The translations under genes were made by a program, and so were the position numbers. From positions 1,510,206-1,574,205 of the forward strand of contig CBDCXM010000009.1 of NCBI GenBank assembly GCA_965223855.1: a stretch of DNA of 64,000 bases. The letters run 5' to 3'. This document shows positions 22,783 to 31,450 of this stretch, in pieces (within the stretch, counting starts at the first letter, position 1; each line of letters opens with the position of its first letter). This stretch comes from Candidatus Multivoradales bacterium. Lineage in GTDB: Bacteria > Acidobacteriota > Thermoanaerobaculia > Multivoradales > JAHEKO01. The notes beneath the pieces were generated by a model that worked only from the letters and a program-made list of their open reading frames with translations, searched no databases and was not told the DNA's origin.

Positions 22783-23123
22783 GCATCACCACCCACGTCC
22801 TCGACCTCGCCCGGGGCCGCCCCGCCGAAGGAATCGAAGTCACCCTCGAGATGGCCGACAGGACCGGCTCCTTCTGGCACCCGATCGGCACCGACCACAC
22901 CAACCCCGACGGCCGAGCCCAGACCCTCGTCCCCGAAACCGCCAACCTCCAGCCCGGCCGCTACCGCCTCACCTTCCAAACCGCCCCCTACTTCGCCGCC
23001 CACGACACCGACACCTTCTACCCCCGAATCGTCATCGAGTTCCAGGTCCCCGACGAGACCCAGCACTACCACGTCCCCCTCCTCCTCAGCCCGTTCGGAT
23101 ACTCCACCTACCGCGGCAGCTGA
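22779..23123 (+). CDS. uraH: 5-hydroxyisourate hydrolase (transthyretin-like)
   Basis: 114 aa ending in the diagnostic 'YRGS'. Contains 'HVLD' and 'HYHVPLLLSPFGYSTYRGS'. The ATGA start overlaps the upstream stop. Confidence 0.9.
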   Translation: MSITTHVLDLARGRPAEGIEVTLEMADRTGSFWHPIGTDHTNPDGRAQTLVPETANLQPGRYRLTFQTAPYFAAHDTDTFYPRIVIEFQVPDETQHYHVPLLLSPFGYSTYRGS

Positions 23124-23402
23124 ACCCGCCCTCTCTTCTCCCTCCCCAGCAGGGTTGTCTTGGAGGCCGCCCACATAAGACGATGGAAGGGAGGTCCGGT
23201 CCGTCAAGGCGGTGCCGATGTAACCGGCAGAGCGACCGCGACCTACCTTCAACCTCTCCATAGGGTCGTCTCGAGACCGACCATCTCAGGGCCGTGAGGC
23301 AAGGGCGACCACACCAGGCTCGGCAGGCCTCCAACGACTCCAGCCCGCAGCCGACAGAGCGGCGCCATCCACACAACCACCGGCAAAGCGCCGCGTGCGC
23401 TG

Positions 23403-23470
23403 AGATGGGCGGTCTCGAGATGACCCGGTACCCCGCGTGCCCGGAAATGGGTGGCCTCGATACGACCCGG
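23403..23470. repeat. Imperfect tandem direct repeat (2 x ~27 nt) in the convergent intergenic region
   Basis: gagatgggcggtctcgagatgacccgg / gaaatgggtggcctcgatacgacccgg, separated by about 14 nt. Confidence 0.4.
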
Positions 23471-23476
23471 CCGTCG

Positions 23477-24820
23477 TCACCTCCGAGCGTCCAGAATCCG
23501 CAAGAACGACCTCCCCCGAATCTCCTCCAGCGACAACCCCGTCCGCTCCACCGCCTCCCCCTCGCCGATCGCCCCACAATTCACCGCCCGAAGAAAGTAG
23601 TTCAACAACCCCTGCCCCGTCGCCGCATCGTCGAACACGTCGCCCACCAGCGTCGCCTGCGCCGCCTTGCCGACGAAGTTGCTCAGCCGCTCGGCCGCCG
23701 CGTCGATCCCCTCGAGGAAGAAGGCGTAGACCGCCGCGTAGCGGGTCGGCAGCTGAGCGGGATGGAGATCCCACCCCTGGTAGTAGGCGTGCTCGAGCGA
23801 GTGCCGCACATGGTCGTAGTGAAGCTGCCAGGCGTCGTGCACCGTGCGGCGGTTTTCGGCCTCCTGCTGTGGAGTGAGAGGCGGCCCGTCGGCCGCGGCG
23901 CGATGGGGCGCCACCGGCAGGACGTTGGTCGCGCCGTCGCTCAGCCACACTCCCGTGCCGCCGAGCGCCACCTGCATGACGTGCCGGGCGAAGTCGCACG
24001 CCGGATGCGTCATGTGCTGGTAGGCGGCGGTGATGTCGCAAGAGGCGGTGTAGTCGTAGGTGCCGAAGTGCGCGGCGACGCAGCGTCCGTTGCCGGCGGC
24101 GACGAGATCACCCAGGGCAATGCGGCCGGACGCGTCGAGGATCGACTGCGTCGTCTCGATCATCAACTCGAAGCGGAGCGGCTCCGAAAGGCCGAGACGC
24201 TCCTCGAGTTGCGCCAGCGTTTCCGTGAACACCACCACCTGCCCGGGGCTGGTGATCTTGGGGAGCGTGATGACGAAGTTCGGCGGCAGCGTGCCGCCGG
24301 CGGCGGCGACCAGCGAGGAGACGAAGAGATCGAGTGTCCGCAGGCTGCGCGCCTTGAGGTCCTCGGTCAGCGGCTTGATCCGGATGCCGAGAAACGGCGG
24401 CAGCGTCCCCTCGTCGAGACCGGCGGCCGTCTCCTGCGCCGTGCGCACGGCGTCGCCGTCCTCCTCGTCGTCGGGCCGGTTGCCGTAGCCGTCCTCGAAA
24501 TCGATGCGGAAGTCCTCGACCGGCTCACGCTCCAGCTTCTCGACGACCCGGCCGTGGATCGGCTCCGCCAGCTCCTTCGACAGCCCGATCGCTGCGCCGA
24601 AGGCGGCGGCGTCGGGGGCGTAGGCGTCGAGCGAAGCTCTGGCCAGGGCCCCCAGCCGCTCAGCGGTGTTGCGCTTGAAGATCTGCGCTCCGCCGTAGAC
24701 CGTGTGGACCGGCTGGCGGCGGCCGTCATCGCCCGGGAAGAGCCGGGCGACCTCGGAATTGACCTCGGCAAGCTGTGTCAGAAGCGGAGCGAGGTCGTGG
24801 TCGTCGAGAGTCGGCTTCAT
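23477..24820 (-). CDS. HpcH/HpaI-CitE-like (TIM-barrel C-C lyase superfamily) protein with C-terminal extension
   Basis: 447 aa. CitE/malate-synthase-like motifs 'PVHTVYGGA', 'DFRIDFEDGYG' and 'ELMIETTQSI'. Function in this purine cluster is unknown. The assignment is tentative. Confidence 0.4.
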   Translation of the reverse strand: MKPTLDDHDLAPLLTQLAEVNSEVARLFPGDDGRRQPVHTVYGGAQIFKRNTAERLGALARASLDAYAPDAAAFGAAIGLSKELAEPIHGRVVEKLEREPVEDFRIDFEDGYGNRPDDEEDGDAVRTAQETAAGLDEGTLPPFLGIRIKPLTEDLKARSLRTLDLFVSSLVAAAGGTLPPNFVITLPKITSPGQVVVFTETLAQLEERLGLSEPLRFELMIETTQSILDASGRIALGDLVAAGNGRCVAAHFGTYDYTASCDITAAYQHMTHPACDFARHVMQVALGGTGVWLSDGATNVLPVAPHRAAADGPPLTPQQEAENRRTVHDAWQLHYDHVRHSLEHAYYQGWDLHPAQLPTRYAAVYAFFLEGIDAAAERLSNFVGKAAQATLVGDVFDDAATGQGLLNYFLRAVNCGAIGEGEAVERTGLSLEEIRGRSFLRILDARR

Positions 24821-25656
24821 GTCATCTCCAGGGTCAAGCGGCGGACGACGCGCTCCAGCGAGAAGCGTCGGTACTGGGCAGTCGATCGCACGTCGTCGAT
24901 CGGCTGGACGGCCTCGGCGGCCAGACGACCTGCCAGATCGGCGGTCGCATCGTCGGCCCGCCTGCCGACGATCTCCCCTTCCACCGAGGGGAAGCGAATG
25001 GGTATCGCGGCGACGCTCCCTGCTGCGAGGCGGTAGGTGGTGAAGGTGCCGCCCTCGATCGTCGCCAGCACGCAGACGACGACCTTGCTGATCGCCTGTG
25101 CCGCGCGCGTTCCGACCTTGCGGAATGCCTGCTGCGAGCCGGCGGGCGGTGACGGCAGCTCCAGAGCGACCAGCAGTTCGCCTTCCCGCAGCGCCGTCGT
25201 CCGGTAGCCGGTGTGGAACTCGGTGTAGGGCACGCGGCGCTCTCCGGCGGGTCCTGCGACCACCGCGACCGTCTCGAGCGCCAGCAGCACCGGAAGCGAG
25301 TCACCCGCAGGACTTGCGTTGGCGACGTTGCCGCCGAGGGTGGCGCGATTCTGAATCTGCCAGCCGCCGATCTCCGAGGCCGCCTGGGCGAGGGCGGGGT
25401 AGCGGCTGCGGATCGTCGAATGATGCCGCAGCTCGGAGAAGGTCGTCGTTGCGCCGATCGCCAGCCCGCCTTCGATCTCCCGCACCCCCCGCAGCTCGGG
25501 TACCGACCCCAGATCGATCACCGCCGGCAGGTCGGCGCGCGCCTCGGGCTCGGCGACCATGAGGTCGGTACAGCCGGCGACCGGGCGCAGCTCGGGGTCG
25601 GCGCCGAGGAGCTCGATCGCTTCGGTGAGCGAGGTCGGGGAGGCCGAGCGCGTCAT
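24817..25656 (-). CDS. Xanthine dehydrogenase family FAD-binding subunit (CoxM/XdhB-like)
   Basis: FAD-binding PCMH motifs 'AGCTDLMV' and 'ATLGGNVANASPAGD'. Overlaps the 2Fe-2S subunit gene by 4 nt. Start at the Met of 'MTRSASPTS'. Confidence 0.85.
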   Translation of the reverse strand: MTRSASPTSLTEAIELLGADPELRPVAGCTDLMVAEPEARADLPAVIDLGSVPELRGVREIEGGLAIGATTTFSELRHHSTIRSRYPALAQAASEIGGWQIQNRATLGGNVANASPAGDSLPVLLALETVAVVAGPAGERRVPYTEFHTGYRTTALREGELLVALELPSPPAGSQQAFRKVGTRAAQAISKVVVCVLATIEGGTFTTYRLAAGSVAAIPIRFPSVEGEIVGRRADDATADLAGRLAAEAVQPIDDVRSTAQYRRFSLERVVRRLTLEMT

Positions 25657-26141
25657 TTGTTCTCTTCTCCAGCTTCGTCCCCGCCGGAGTGATCCACCAG
25701 CGCCCGGAAGATCCCCTCGTAGCCGGTGCAGCGACACAGATTCCCCGCTAATGCCTCCTGCACCTGCTCGCGGCTCGGCCGAGCGTCATGCTCCAACATT
25801 GCCCAGGCGGTGACGATGATGCCCGGGGTGCATGCGCCGCACTGCACGCCGCCGGTGGCCACGAAGCGCTCGAGGAACGCGCGCGCCCTTCCCGCAGCAG
25901 GTCCCGAAGCGACCCCCTCGACGGTGGTGATCGTCCGCCCCTCGCACTGCATCAGCGGCACCAGGCAGGAAAGCACCGGCTGCCCGTCGAGGATCACCGT
26001 GCAGGCGCCGCACTCGCCCTCGCCGCAACCCTCCTTGGTACCGATGAGGTCGAACTGGCGGCGCACGACATCGAGCAGCCGCTCCATCGGGTGCCCCTCG
26101 GCGCTGACGGCCTCGCCGTTGAGCTCGAAGCCGACCTTCAT
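25653..26141 (-). CDS. Xanthine dehydrogenase family 2Fe-2S subunit (CoxS-like)
   Basis: 'CGEGECGACTV' and 'CGACTPG...CRCTGY' double [2Fe-2S] signatures. Confidence 0.9.
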   Translation of the reverse strand: MKVGFELNGEAVSAEGHPMERLLDVVRRQFDLIGTKEGCGEGECGACTVILDGQPVLSCLVPLMQCEGRTITTVEGVASGPAAGRARAFLERFVATGGVQCGACTPGIIVTAWAMLEHDARPSREQVQEALAGNLCRCTGYEGIFRALVDHSGGDEAGEENK

Positions 26142-28423
26142 CGCGAACCCTCACGGGCGGCGAGGATCCGCTCCGGCGTCGCCGGGATCTCGTCGAGATG
26201 GACTCCGAGGGCGTTGTCGATCGCCGCCAGCGCCGCCGGGGCGCCGCCGTCCATCGGCAGCTCGCCGACCCCCTTGGCGCCGAACGGGCCGCCCTCCCAG
26301 GGGCGCTCGAGAAGCTCGACCTCGAGCTTCGGCGCGTCCTTGAAAGTGGGGATGATGTAGGTCGCGAGGCGGTCGTTGAGGTAGCGCCCGTCCTCGACCT
26401 TGATCTCCTCCATCAGCCCCCAGGCGACCGCCTGGAGCACCCCGCCCTCGATCTGGCCGGTGCACAGCGTCGGATGGATCGCCTTGCCGACCTCACACAC
26501 CGCCGTCACCTTGTCGGCCCGGACCTCCAGCGTGTCGGGATCGACCTCGATCTCGACGACGTTGGCGCCCCAGGCGTAGGTCGGGTAGGCGCTGCCGCGG
26601 TAGTCCGTCTCGTCGAAGTCCTGATCGGCGGGTGGTTCGTGCCGATGAGTGACCTCGAGGGGGCCGTGCTCGGCGAAGACCTGGCGGGCGATCTCCTTGA
26701 AGGCAACTTCGTCACCGCCAGGCAGCTGAACCTTGCCTTCGGAGACCACCCGGTTCCCGTTCCCCACGTGTCCGTCGGACCCCGACCAGCGCGAGAGCAC
26801 GAGATCCCGCAGCTTCCGGCTAGCCTCGACGAGCGCGCCGCCGACCACCATCGTGGTGCGCGAGGCGACCGTCGGCCCGGAGTCCGGGACCTCCGCCGTA
26901 TCCGGCAGGGCGAAGTCGAGATCTTCGTTCGTGAGCCCTGTGGCCTCCTGTGCCATCTGCGGGAAGATCGCCGCGCACCCCTGGCCCATGTCGGTCATCG
27001 CCGTCTGCAGCTGGAGGCGGCCGTCTTCGAGCAGCCGGGCGCGGACCGGCGAGCGCATCCTCCGCTCGCCGTTGCCGGTGAAGCCGGCGCCGTGGAAGTA
27101 GAGCGCGAGGCCAAGGCCGGGTCGAGGGGCGCCTTCTGGCAGCTCGGCCCGCACGGTCTCGATCTCGCGCCAGCGGCGGCGGTAGTCGGAGCGCTCGACG
27201 GCTCGTTCGAGACAGGCCCGCGCCGAGGTCGTCTCGTCGAGCACCTGACCGGTCGGCAGGGTGTCGCCAGCTTCGAGGGCGTTGCGCAGCCGGAGCTCCA
27301 ACGGGTCGAGGCCGAGGGTGCGGGCGATGCGGTCCATGTGCCGCTCCACCGCGAACATCGTCTGCGGCGCGCCGAAGCCGCGGAAGGCGCCGTTGGTGGC
27401 GGTGTGGGTGCGCAGCGCCCGGCCGGCGATCCGGACCTTCCGGCAACGGTAGGCGCCGGCGGCGTGGAGCAGGGCGCGCGACAGGACGACCGACGACAGC
27501 GTCGGGTAGGCGCCGCCGTCCATCGTCACATCGATGTCCATCGCCACGAGCGTCCCGTCGTCAGCAACCGCCGTGCGATGCCGCACCACCGCCGGATGGC
27601 GCTTGGTGGTGCCGACGATGTCCTCGTGCCGGTCGTAGGCCATCCGCACCGGCCGCCCGGTGGCCTGGGCGAGGATCGCGGCGTGGAGCGCGATCATGCT
27701 CGGATAGTCCTCCTTGCCGCCGAAGCCGCCGCCGACCGCCGACGCCCGCACTCGCACGCGGTCTTCCGGAAGCCCGAAGGCGTGGGTCAGCGACTTGTGG
27801 ACGTAGTAGGGGCACTGCATGGTGCCGACGACGTTCAGCGTCTCCCCCTCGAACCACGCCGTCACCGCCTGGCACTCGATGTAGATGTGCTCCTGGAGGC
27901 CGGTGCGGTAGGTGCCCTCGACGACCCGCTCTGCCGCGGCCAACGCCTGCTCGACCGTCTCGTCCCCGAACTCGAGGGCGCACAGAGGAGGGTGGTCGGC
28001 CGCCTCAGTGACGTCGAGGACCGGTTCGAGCGGCGTGTAGTCGACCTCTACCCGACGCCGGGCCCGCAGCGCCTCCAGCGGCGTGGCGCCGCTGACGAGA
28101 GCCACCGGTTCACCGACGTGGCAGGTCTCCTTCTCGGCGAGGATCGGCCAGTCGTCGGTGATCAGTTTCACGCCGTTCGAGCACGGCAGATCGGCGGCGG
28201 TGACGAAGGCGCTGCCGTCTCCTGCACCCGAGCGGTCGATGCGCACCCCGTCGATCCGCGCGTGCGCGTGCGGGCTGCGCACGGTCGCCCCGAAGAGCAT
28301 CCCGGGCATCGTGAAGTCGTCCGCGTAGCGGACCGCGCCACTCACCTTGCCCATCCCGTCGGGCCGTGGCGGGCTCTGCCCGATACGACCGGGCGCCGCA
28401 CCGCTGGGTCGCTGGCCACTCAT
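26138..28423 (-). CDS. Xanthine dehydrogenase family molybdopterin-binding large subunit (CoxL/XdhA-like)
   Basis: About 760 aa. Aldehyde oxidase/xanthine dehydrogenase a/b hammerhead and MoCo-binding domains ('GGGFGGKE'). Start at the Met of 'MSGQRPSG'. Operon order L-S-M on the minus strand. Confidence 0.9.
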   Translation of the reverse strand: MSGQRPSGAAPGRIGQSPPRPDGMGKVSGAVRYADDFTMPGMLFGATVRSPHAHARIDGVRIDRSGAGDGSAFVTAADLPCSNGVKLITDDWPILAEKETCHVGEPVALVSGATPLEALRARRRVEVDYTPLEPVLDVTEAADHPPLCALEFGDETVEQALAAAERVVEGTYRTGLQEHIYIECQAVTAWFEGETLNVVGTMQCPYYVHKSLTHAFGLPEDRVRVRASAVGGGFGGKEDYPSMIALHAAILAQATGRPVRMAYDRHEDIVGTTKRHPAVVRHRTAVADDGTLVAMDIDVTMDGGAYPTLSSVVLSRALLHAAGAYRCRKVRIAGRALRTHTATNGAFRGFGAPQTMFAVERHMDRIARTLGLDPLELRLRNALEAGDTLPTGQVLDETTSARACLERAVERSDYRRRWREIETVRAELPEGAPRPGLGLALYFHGAGFTGNGERRMRSPVRARLLEDGRLQLQTAMTDMGQGCAAIFPQMAQEATGLTNEDLDFALPDTAEVPDSGPTVASRTTMVVGGALVEASRKLRDLVLSRWSGSDGHVGNGNRVVSEGKVQLPGGDEVAFKEIARQVFAEHGPLEVTHRHEPPADQDFDETDYRGSAYPTYAWGANVVEIEVDPDTLEVRADKVTAVCEVGKAIHPTLCTGQIEGGVLQAVAWGLMEEIKVEDGRYLNDRLATYIIPTFKDAPKLEVELLERPWEGGPFGAKGVGELPMDGGAPAALAAIDNALGVHLDEIPATPERILAAREGSR

Positions 28424-28540
28424 TGAGTGCGAAGCAGTGTGCAGCATGGGCTGGCGCGGCGCAAGCTCGACCGCGAGCGCAGCGCCCGGATACGCAGTAG
28501 ATTCAGTGACATACGGTCTTCCTGAGTAGTCCGTTGAACG

Positions 28541-29389
28541 GTGCAGCGGCGTGAGAAGTTCGGGCTAGACTGGCGACCGATGGACTTCGACTTCCGGGAA
28601 TGGCTCCATCTCCTGACGCGCTGGTTCCACGTCGTCGTCGGGATCATGTGGATCGGCCAGACGTACCTCTTCGGTTGGATGGACAGCAACCTCGAAGAGG
28701 CCGAGGAAGACGACGAGATCGAAGGCCGCCTGTGGATGATCCACAGCGGCGGCTTCTACCGTGTCGAGAAGCAGAAGCTGGCGCCCCGTAAGCTGCCCGC
28801 GGTGCTGCATTGGTTCAAGTGGGAGGCGGGGCTCACGTGGCTCAGCGGCTTCCTGCTGCTGTGGGTCGTCTACTACACCGGCGGCGCGCTTCTCGAGTAC
28901 GGCTCGGAGATGAGTGTCGCCGCAGGCACCGCGATCGGCATCGGCGTCCTCGTCTTCGGCTGGCTCGCCTACGATCTGCTGTGGATGTCACCGCTGGGTC
29001 GCAAGGGTGTCGGCGTGCCGATCTGCTTCGCCGCCGTCGTCGCCCTCGCCTGGGCCCTCACCCAGGTGCTGAGCGGAAGAGCCGCCTTCATCCACATCGG
29101 CGCCCTCTTCGGCACCATCATGGCGGCCAACGTCTTCATGCGCATCCTGCCCGGCCAGCGCCAGCTCGTCGCCGCCGCCGAGGCCGGCACCCCTCCGGAT
29201 GCGACGCTGGCCGAGCGTGCCAAGCAGCGCTCCACCCACAACACCTACATGTCGGTGCCGCTGATCTTCATCATGATCAGCAGCCATTTCCCGACCAGCT
29301 CCTACGGGAGCAAGTACAACTGGGTGATGCTGGGGGTGTTCGTGCTGCTGGGGTGGGCGGGGCGGAAGGTGATGACGCTTCTGCGGTAG
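28541..29389 (+). CDS. Polytopic membrane protein; candidate DUF989/PuuD-like (membrane urate hydroxylase family) N-terminal domain
   Basis: 282 aa. The N-terminal 'EWLHLLTRWFHVVVGIMWIGQTYLFGWMD' resembles the conserved start of COG3748/DUF989 proteins, as recalled from memory. Divergent from the xdh operon. Confidence 0.4.
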   Translation: MQRREKFGLDWRPMDFDFREWLHLLTRWFHVVVGIMWIGQTYLFGWMDSNLEEAEEDDEIEGRLWMIHSGGFYRVEKQKLAPRKLPAVLHWFKWEAGLTWLSGFLLLWVVYYTGGALLEYGSEMSVAAGTAIGIGVLVFGWLAYDLLWMSPLGRKGVGVPICFAAVVALAWALTQVLSGRAAFIHIGALFGTIMAANVFMRILPGQRQLVAAAEAGTPPDATLAERAKQRSTHNTYMSVPLIFIMISSHFPTSSYGSKYNWVMLGVFVLLGWAGRKVMTLLR

Positions 29390-29483
29390 AGGCCTCGCTG
29401 GAGGACTCCCCCCTCAAACTCTCCAACTCTCCGCCTCAAACTCTGTCGTCGACGAGGGTCGTCGACAGTGTCCATTGCGAGAC

Positions 29484-30353
29484 TCAGGAGGATGCGGGCC
29501 GGTGAAGAGCGCGTGTCCAGGACGGACCCAACAACGGATGTTCGGGCGGGAGCTGCTGCAACAGTCGAACGTACTCCGTCTTCGCATGGTCGCCGAGGTG
29601 TGTGCGCGAGGAGCTGGGACGCCAGGTGTTTCGCCAGTCGCCGAGCTGTCGCCTCCAGAATCCGGGGTTCTCGACGAGAGTCTCTCTGGTGTCGAACCAT
29701 ATCCGCCGCCCGGCGTGGTGCCACATGGGGGCCTTCAGCAGCCTGGGGATGAAGTCGGCCTTGTTCTGGAAGAGGAGAGTGCGATTGCCGTGGATCTCGT
29801 TGTAGGCGGCCGAGAACTTCCCGTTTCCGACTGCCGGAGCGCCGAAGGTACAGACGCTGGCGATCCGAGAAGCCGGCTGCATCGAAGCCCACAGCACCGC
29901 CAGAGCTCCTCCCAGGCTATGCCCCGTTGCGTACACGGGAGTGTCGCGGTCTCCGAGGGCTGTTTCGATGTCTTCCACCAGAGGCTCCAGAGCTCCAAGG
30001 AAGCCGACGTGGATTCGTCGTCCGTCCTCCGTCCGCCGGGTAGCGATCCTGGCGTCCGTGAGGATGTCCTCCAGAACCCCGGGTTCCGTCCCGCGGAAGG
30101 CAAGAAAGCTGTGCGCTTCACTTCGGATCACGAGAGCTTGAGTGCCCTGCTTGTCCAGGAAGGTGAAGGCGCCCTCAGGAGCCCCCATGCGCGCCTTCTC
30201 TTCGTCCTCGTAGGCGAGGGTCGAGAGTTGCGCGAGCAGTACCGCCTGAGAGGGCAAGGGACTCTTCACGGTCAGGATGTTACCCCTTGCGTTCGTCGCT
30301 GGTATTTGTTCGTTGTGAGCGACAGGTGAGTGCGCTGTCTCAGCCGAGGTCAT
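29484..30353 (-). CDS. Class-3 (fungal-type) lipase family protein
   Basis: Nucleophile elbow 'GHSLGGALA' and lipase_3 layout. Start ambiguous (30353 or 30383). Confidence 0.8.
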   Translation of the reverse strand: MTSAETAHSPVAHNEQIPATNARGNILTVKSPLPSQAVLLAQLSTLAYEDEEKARMGAPEGAFTFLDKQGTQALVIRSEAHSFLAFRGTEPGVLEDILTDARIATRRTEDGRRIHVGFLGALEPLVEDIETALGDRDTPVYATGHSLGGALAVLWASMQPASRIASVCTFGAPAVGNGKFSAAYNEIHGNRTLLFQNKADFIPRLLKAPMWHHAGRRIWFDTRETLVENPGFWRRQLGDWRNTWRPSSSRTHLGDHAKTEYVRLLQQLPPEHPLLGPSWTRALHRPASS

Positions 30354-30438
30354 CGTCAGGACCTGTCTTCGGGTGCTGACCATCTTCGGGTGCCGGCCCC
30401 TTCTCCGGATCTCCTTCGAGTGTGGGAACACCGGAAAC

Positions 30439-30467
30439 TTGACACGGGGGTCTCCTATCCGCATACT
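30439..30467 (+). promoter_or_regulatory. Near-consensus sigma-70-like promoter (TTGACA-N17-CATACT)
   Basis: Perfect -35 TTGACA at 30439-30444, a 17-nt spacer, and -10 CATACT at 30462-30467. Unusual in a 70% GC background. Confidence 0.45.
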
Positions 30468-30496
30468 GCGCGGCCCTCGTGACGAGGAGTCAAGAA

Positions 30497-30622
30497 ATGC
30501 GCGTGTCCATCAGGCAACGAAACACTTACACCCCGGCCTCGACGGCCGGGCATGGCCTTTTGGCGTTCGATTCAGCGAATCGGTACACGCCGATCGCGCC
30601 CTTGAAGAGGGAAACCAGCTAG
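30497..30622 (+). CDS. Tiny ORF (41 aa) MRVSIRQRNTYTPASTAGHGLLAFDSANRYTPIAPLKRETS, with strong SD
   Basis: GAGGAG (30484-30489) lies 7 nt before the ATG. Sits between the consensus promoter and an intrinsic terminator. Not in the ORF track (<60 aa). Confidence 0.35.
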   Translation: MRVSIRQRNTYTPASTAGHGLLAFDSANRYTPIAPLKRETS

Positions 30623-30654
30623 AACCGACACTCGCAGATCCAAAGACTGAGTCG

Positions 30655-30687
30655 AGCCTTCTGGGACCTCCCAGAAGGCTTTTTTTG
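30655..30687 (+). terminator. Rho-independent terminator
   Basis: 11-bp perfect stem agccttctggg/cccagaaggct, 4-nt loop, followed by TTTTTTT. Confidence 0.8.
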
Positions 30688-30824
30688 TGCTGAGGATCGA
30701 AGTGAATGAGAGAAGTGAAACCGACAAACTGATACCACCGGGCCGGCGGTGTGCGAACCTCACGTGATCGTGATCGGTGCCGCACATTCCGTGCAACGGG
30801 TTCTGACGAAGGTGGGTCGGGCCT

Positions 30825-30888
30825 GGAGGCGTGGCATAGGTAGCCAGACCCCTCGAGGGTCGTGCGGGTTCGAGTCCCGCCGTCTCCC
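30825..30888 (+). other. Truncated tRNA-like element (64 nt)
   Basis: 7-bp acceptor pairing ggaggcg/cgtctcc, a canonical T-arm gcggg-ttcgagt-cccgc and a D-like tggc-ataggta-gcca. It is about 9 nt too short for a tRNA, and I could not assign an anticodon arm. The centre is the palindrome ccctcgaggg. Confidence 0.35.
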
Positions 30889-30891
30889 AAG

Positions 30892-30964
30892 AACTGGCTA
30901 GCTCAGACTGGTAGAGCACCGAGCCGTAACTCGGGTGTCGGGGGTTCGAATCCCCCGCCAGGAC
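30892..30964 (+). tRNA. tRNA (probably Thr, anticodon CGU) with atypical anticodon loop as read
   Basis: Canonical D-arm gctc-agactggta-gagc and T-arm ggggg-ttcgaat-ccccc. Acceptor 3' strand gccagga. Perfect anticodon stem ccgag/ctcgg encloses only 6 nt (ccgtaa), consistent with a 1-nt deletion. Two mismatches at the acceptor terminus. Confidence 0.55.
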
Positions 30965-31450
30965 CTCTGTCAAGGGTCTCTTCAGTGCCGACCGAGCCGG
31001 GAGCCTGCTGCGGAACCGCTGCCGAAGCCGGACGCGTCGAGCGCTTGCCCCTTCCACTGGGGCGTTTGCCCGGCGAGCCGGCGGAGGAGCGCGCAACGGC
31101 GCCTTGCAGTGCCGCGAGCAGCCCGAGGCGACGCCTCTGTTCCGCCCTACGTTCGACCGGCCGCCCATCGGGCGGCCACCGGGCGGTGGGCCGAAAGGGG
31201 TCTCCCTCGGGCTCGGGCGGCACTCCGCTACCGGGCGCGTGGCGGTAGCCGCGGGTGGGCTCCCGGCGAGGTCATTTCTCGCCGCGTTCGCCCAGCAGTC
31301 CGAGCCGGTGTTCATGTTGAACGTTTGACGTCGCCGCAGAGGCGGTGGCGTTCGCCCGGCGAGCGAGGGAGCTGACGTCGCCCTCGGTCTCGGGCCCGTA
31401 GTGAAGCAGCAGTAGCAAGTGTCAGTGCAGTAAGAGAGGAGGTAACAACC

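Noticed and set aside
30850-30866. The palindrome CCCTCGAGGG considered as an anticodon stem of the upstream tRNA-like element.
   Set aside because: It forms a loop-less perfect palindrome, not a 5-bp stem with 7-nt loop. Hence the element is called truncated/tRNA-like and not a tRNA.
30965-31450. Searched downstream of the tRNA for an integrase or recombinase, and for ORFs at 30862..31375.
   Set aside because: Only GC-rich junk ORFs with no recombinase motifs. The next real gene is an SPFH protein with a strong RBS.
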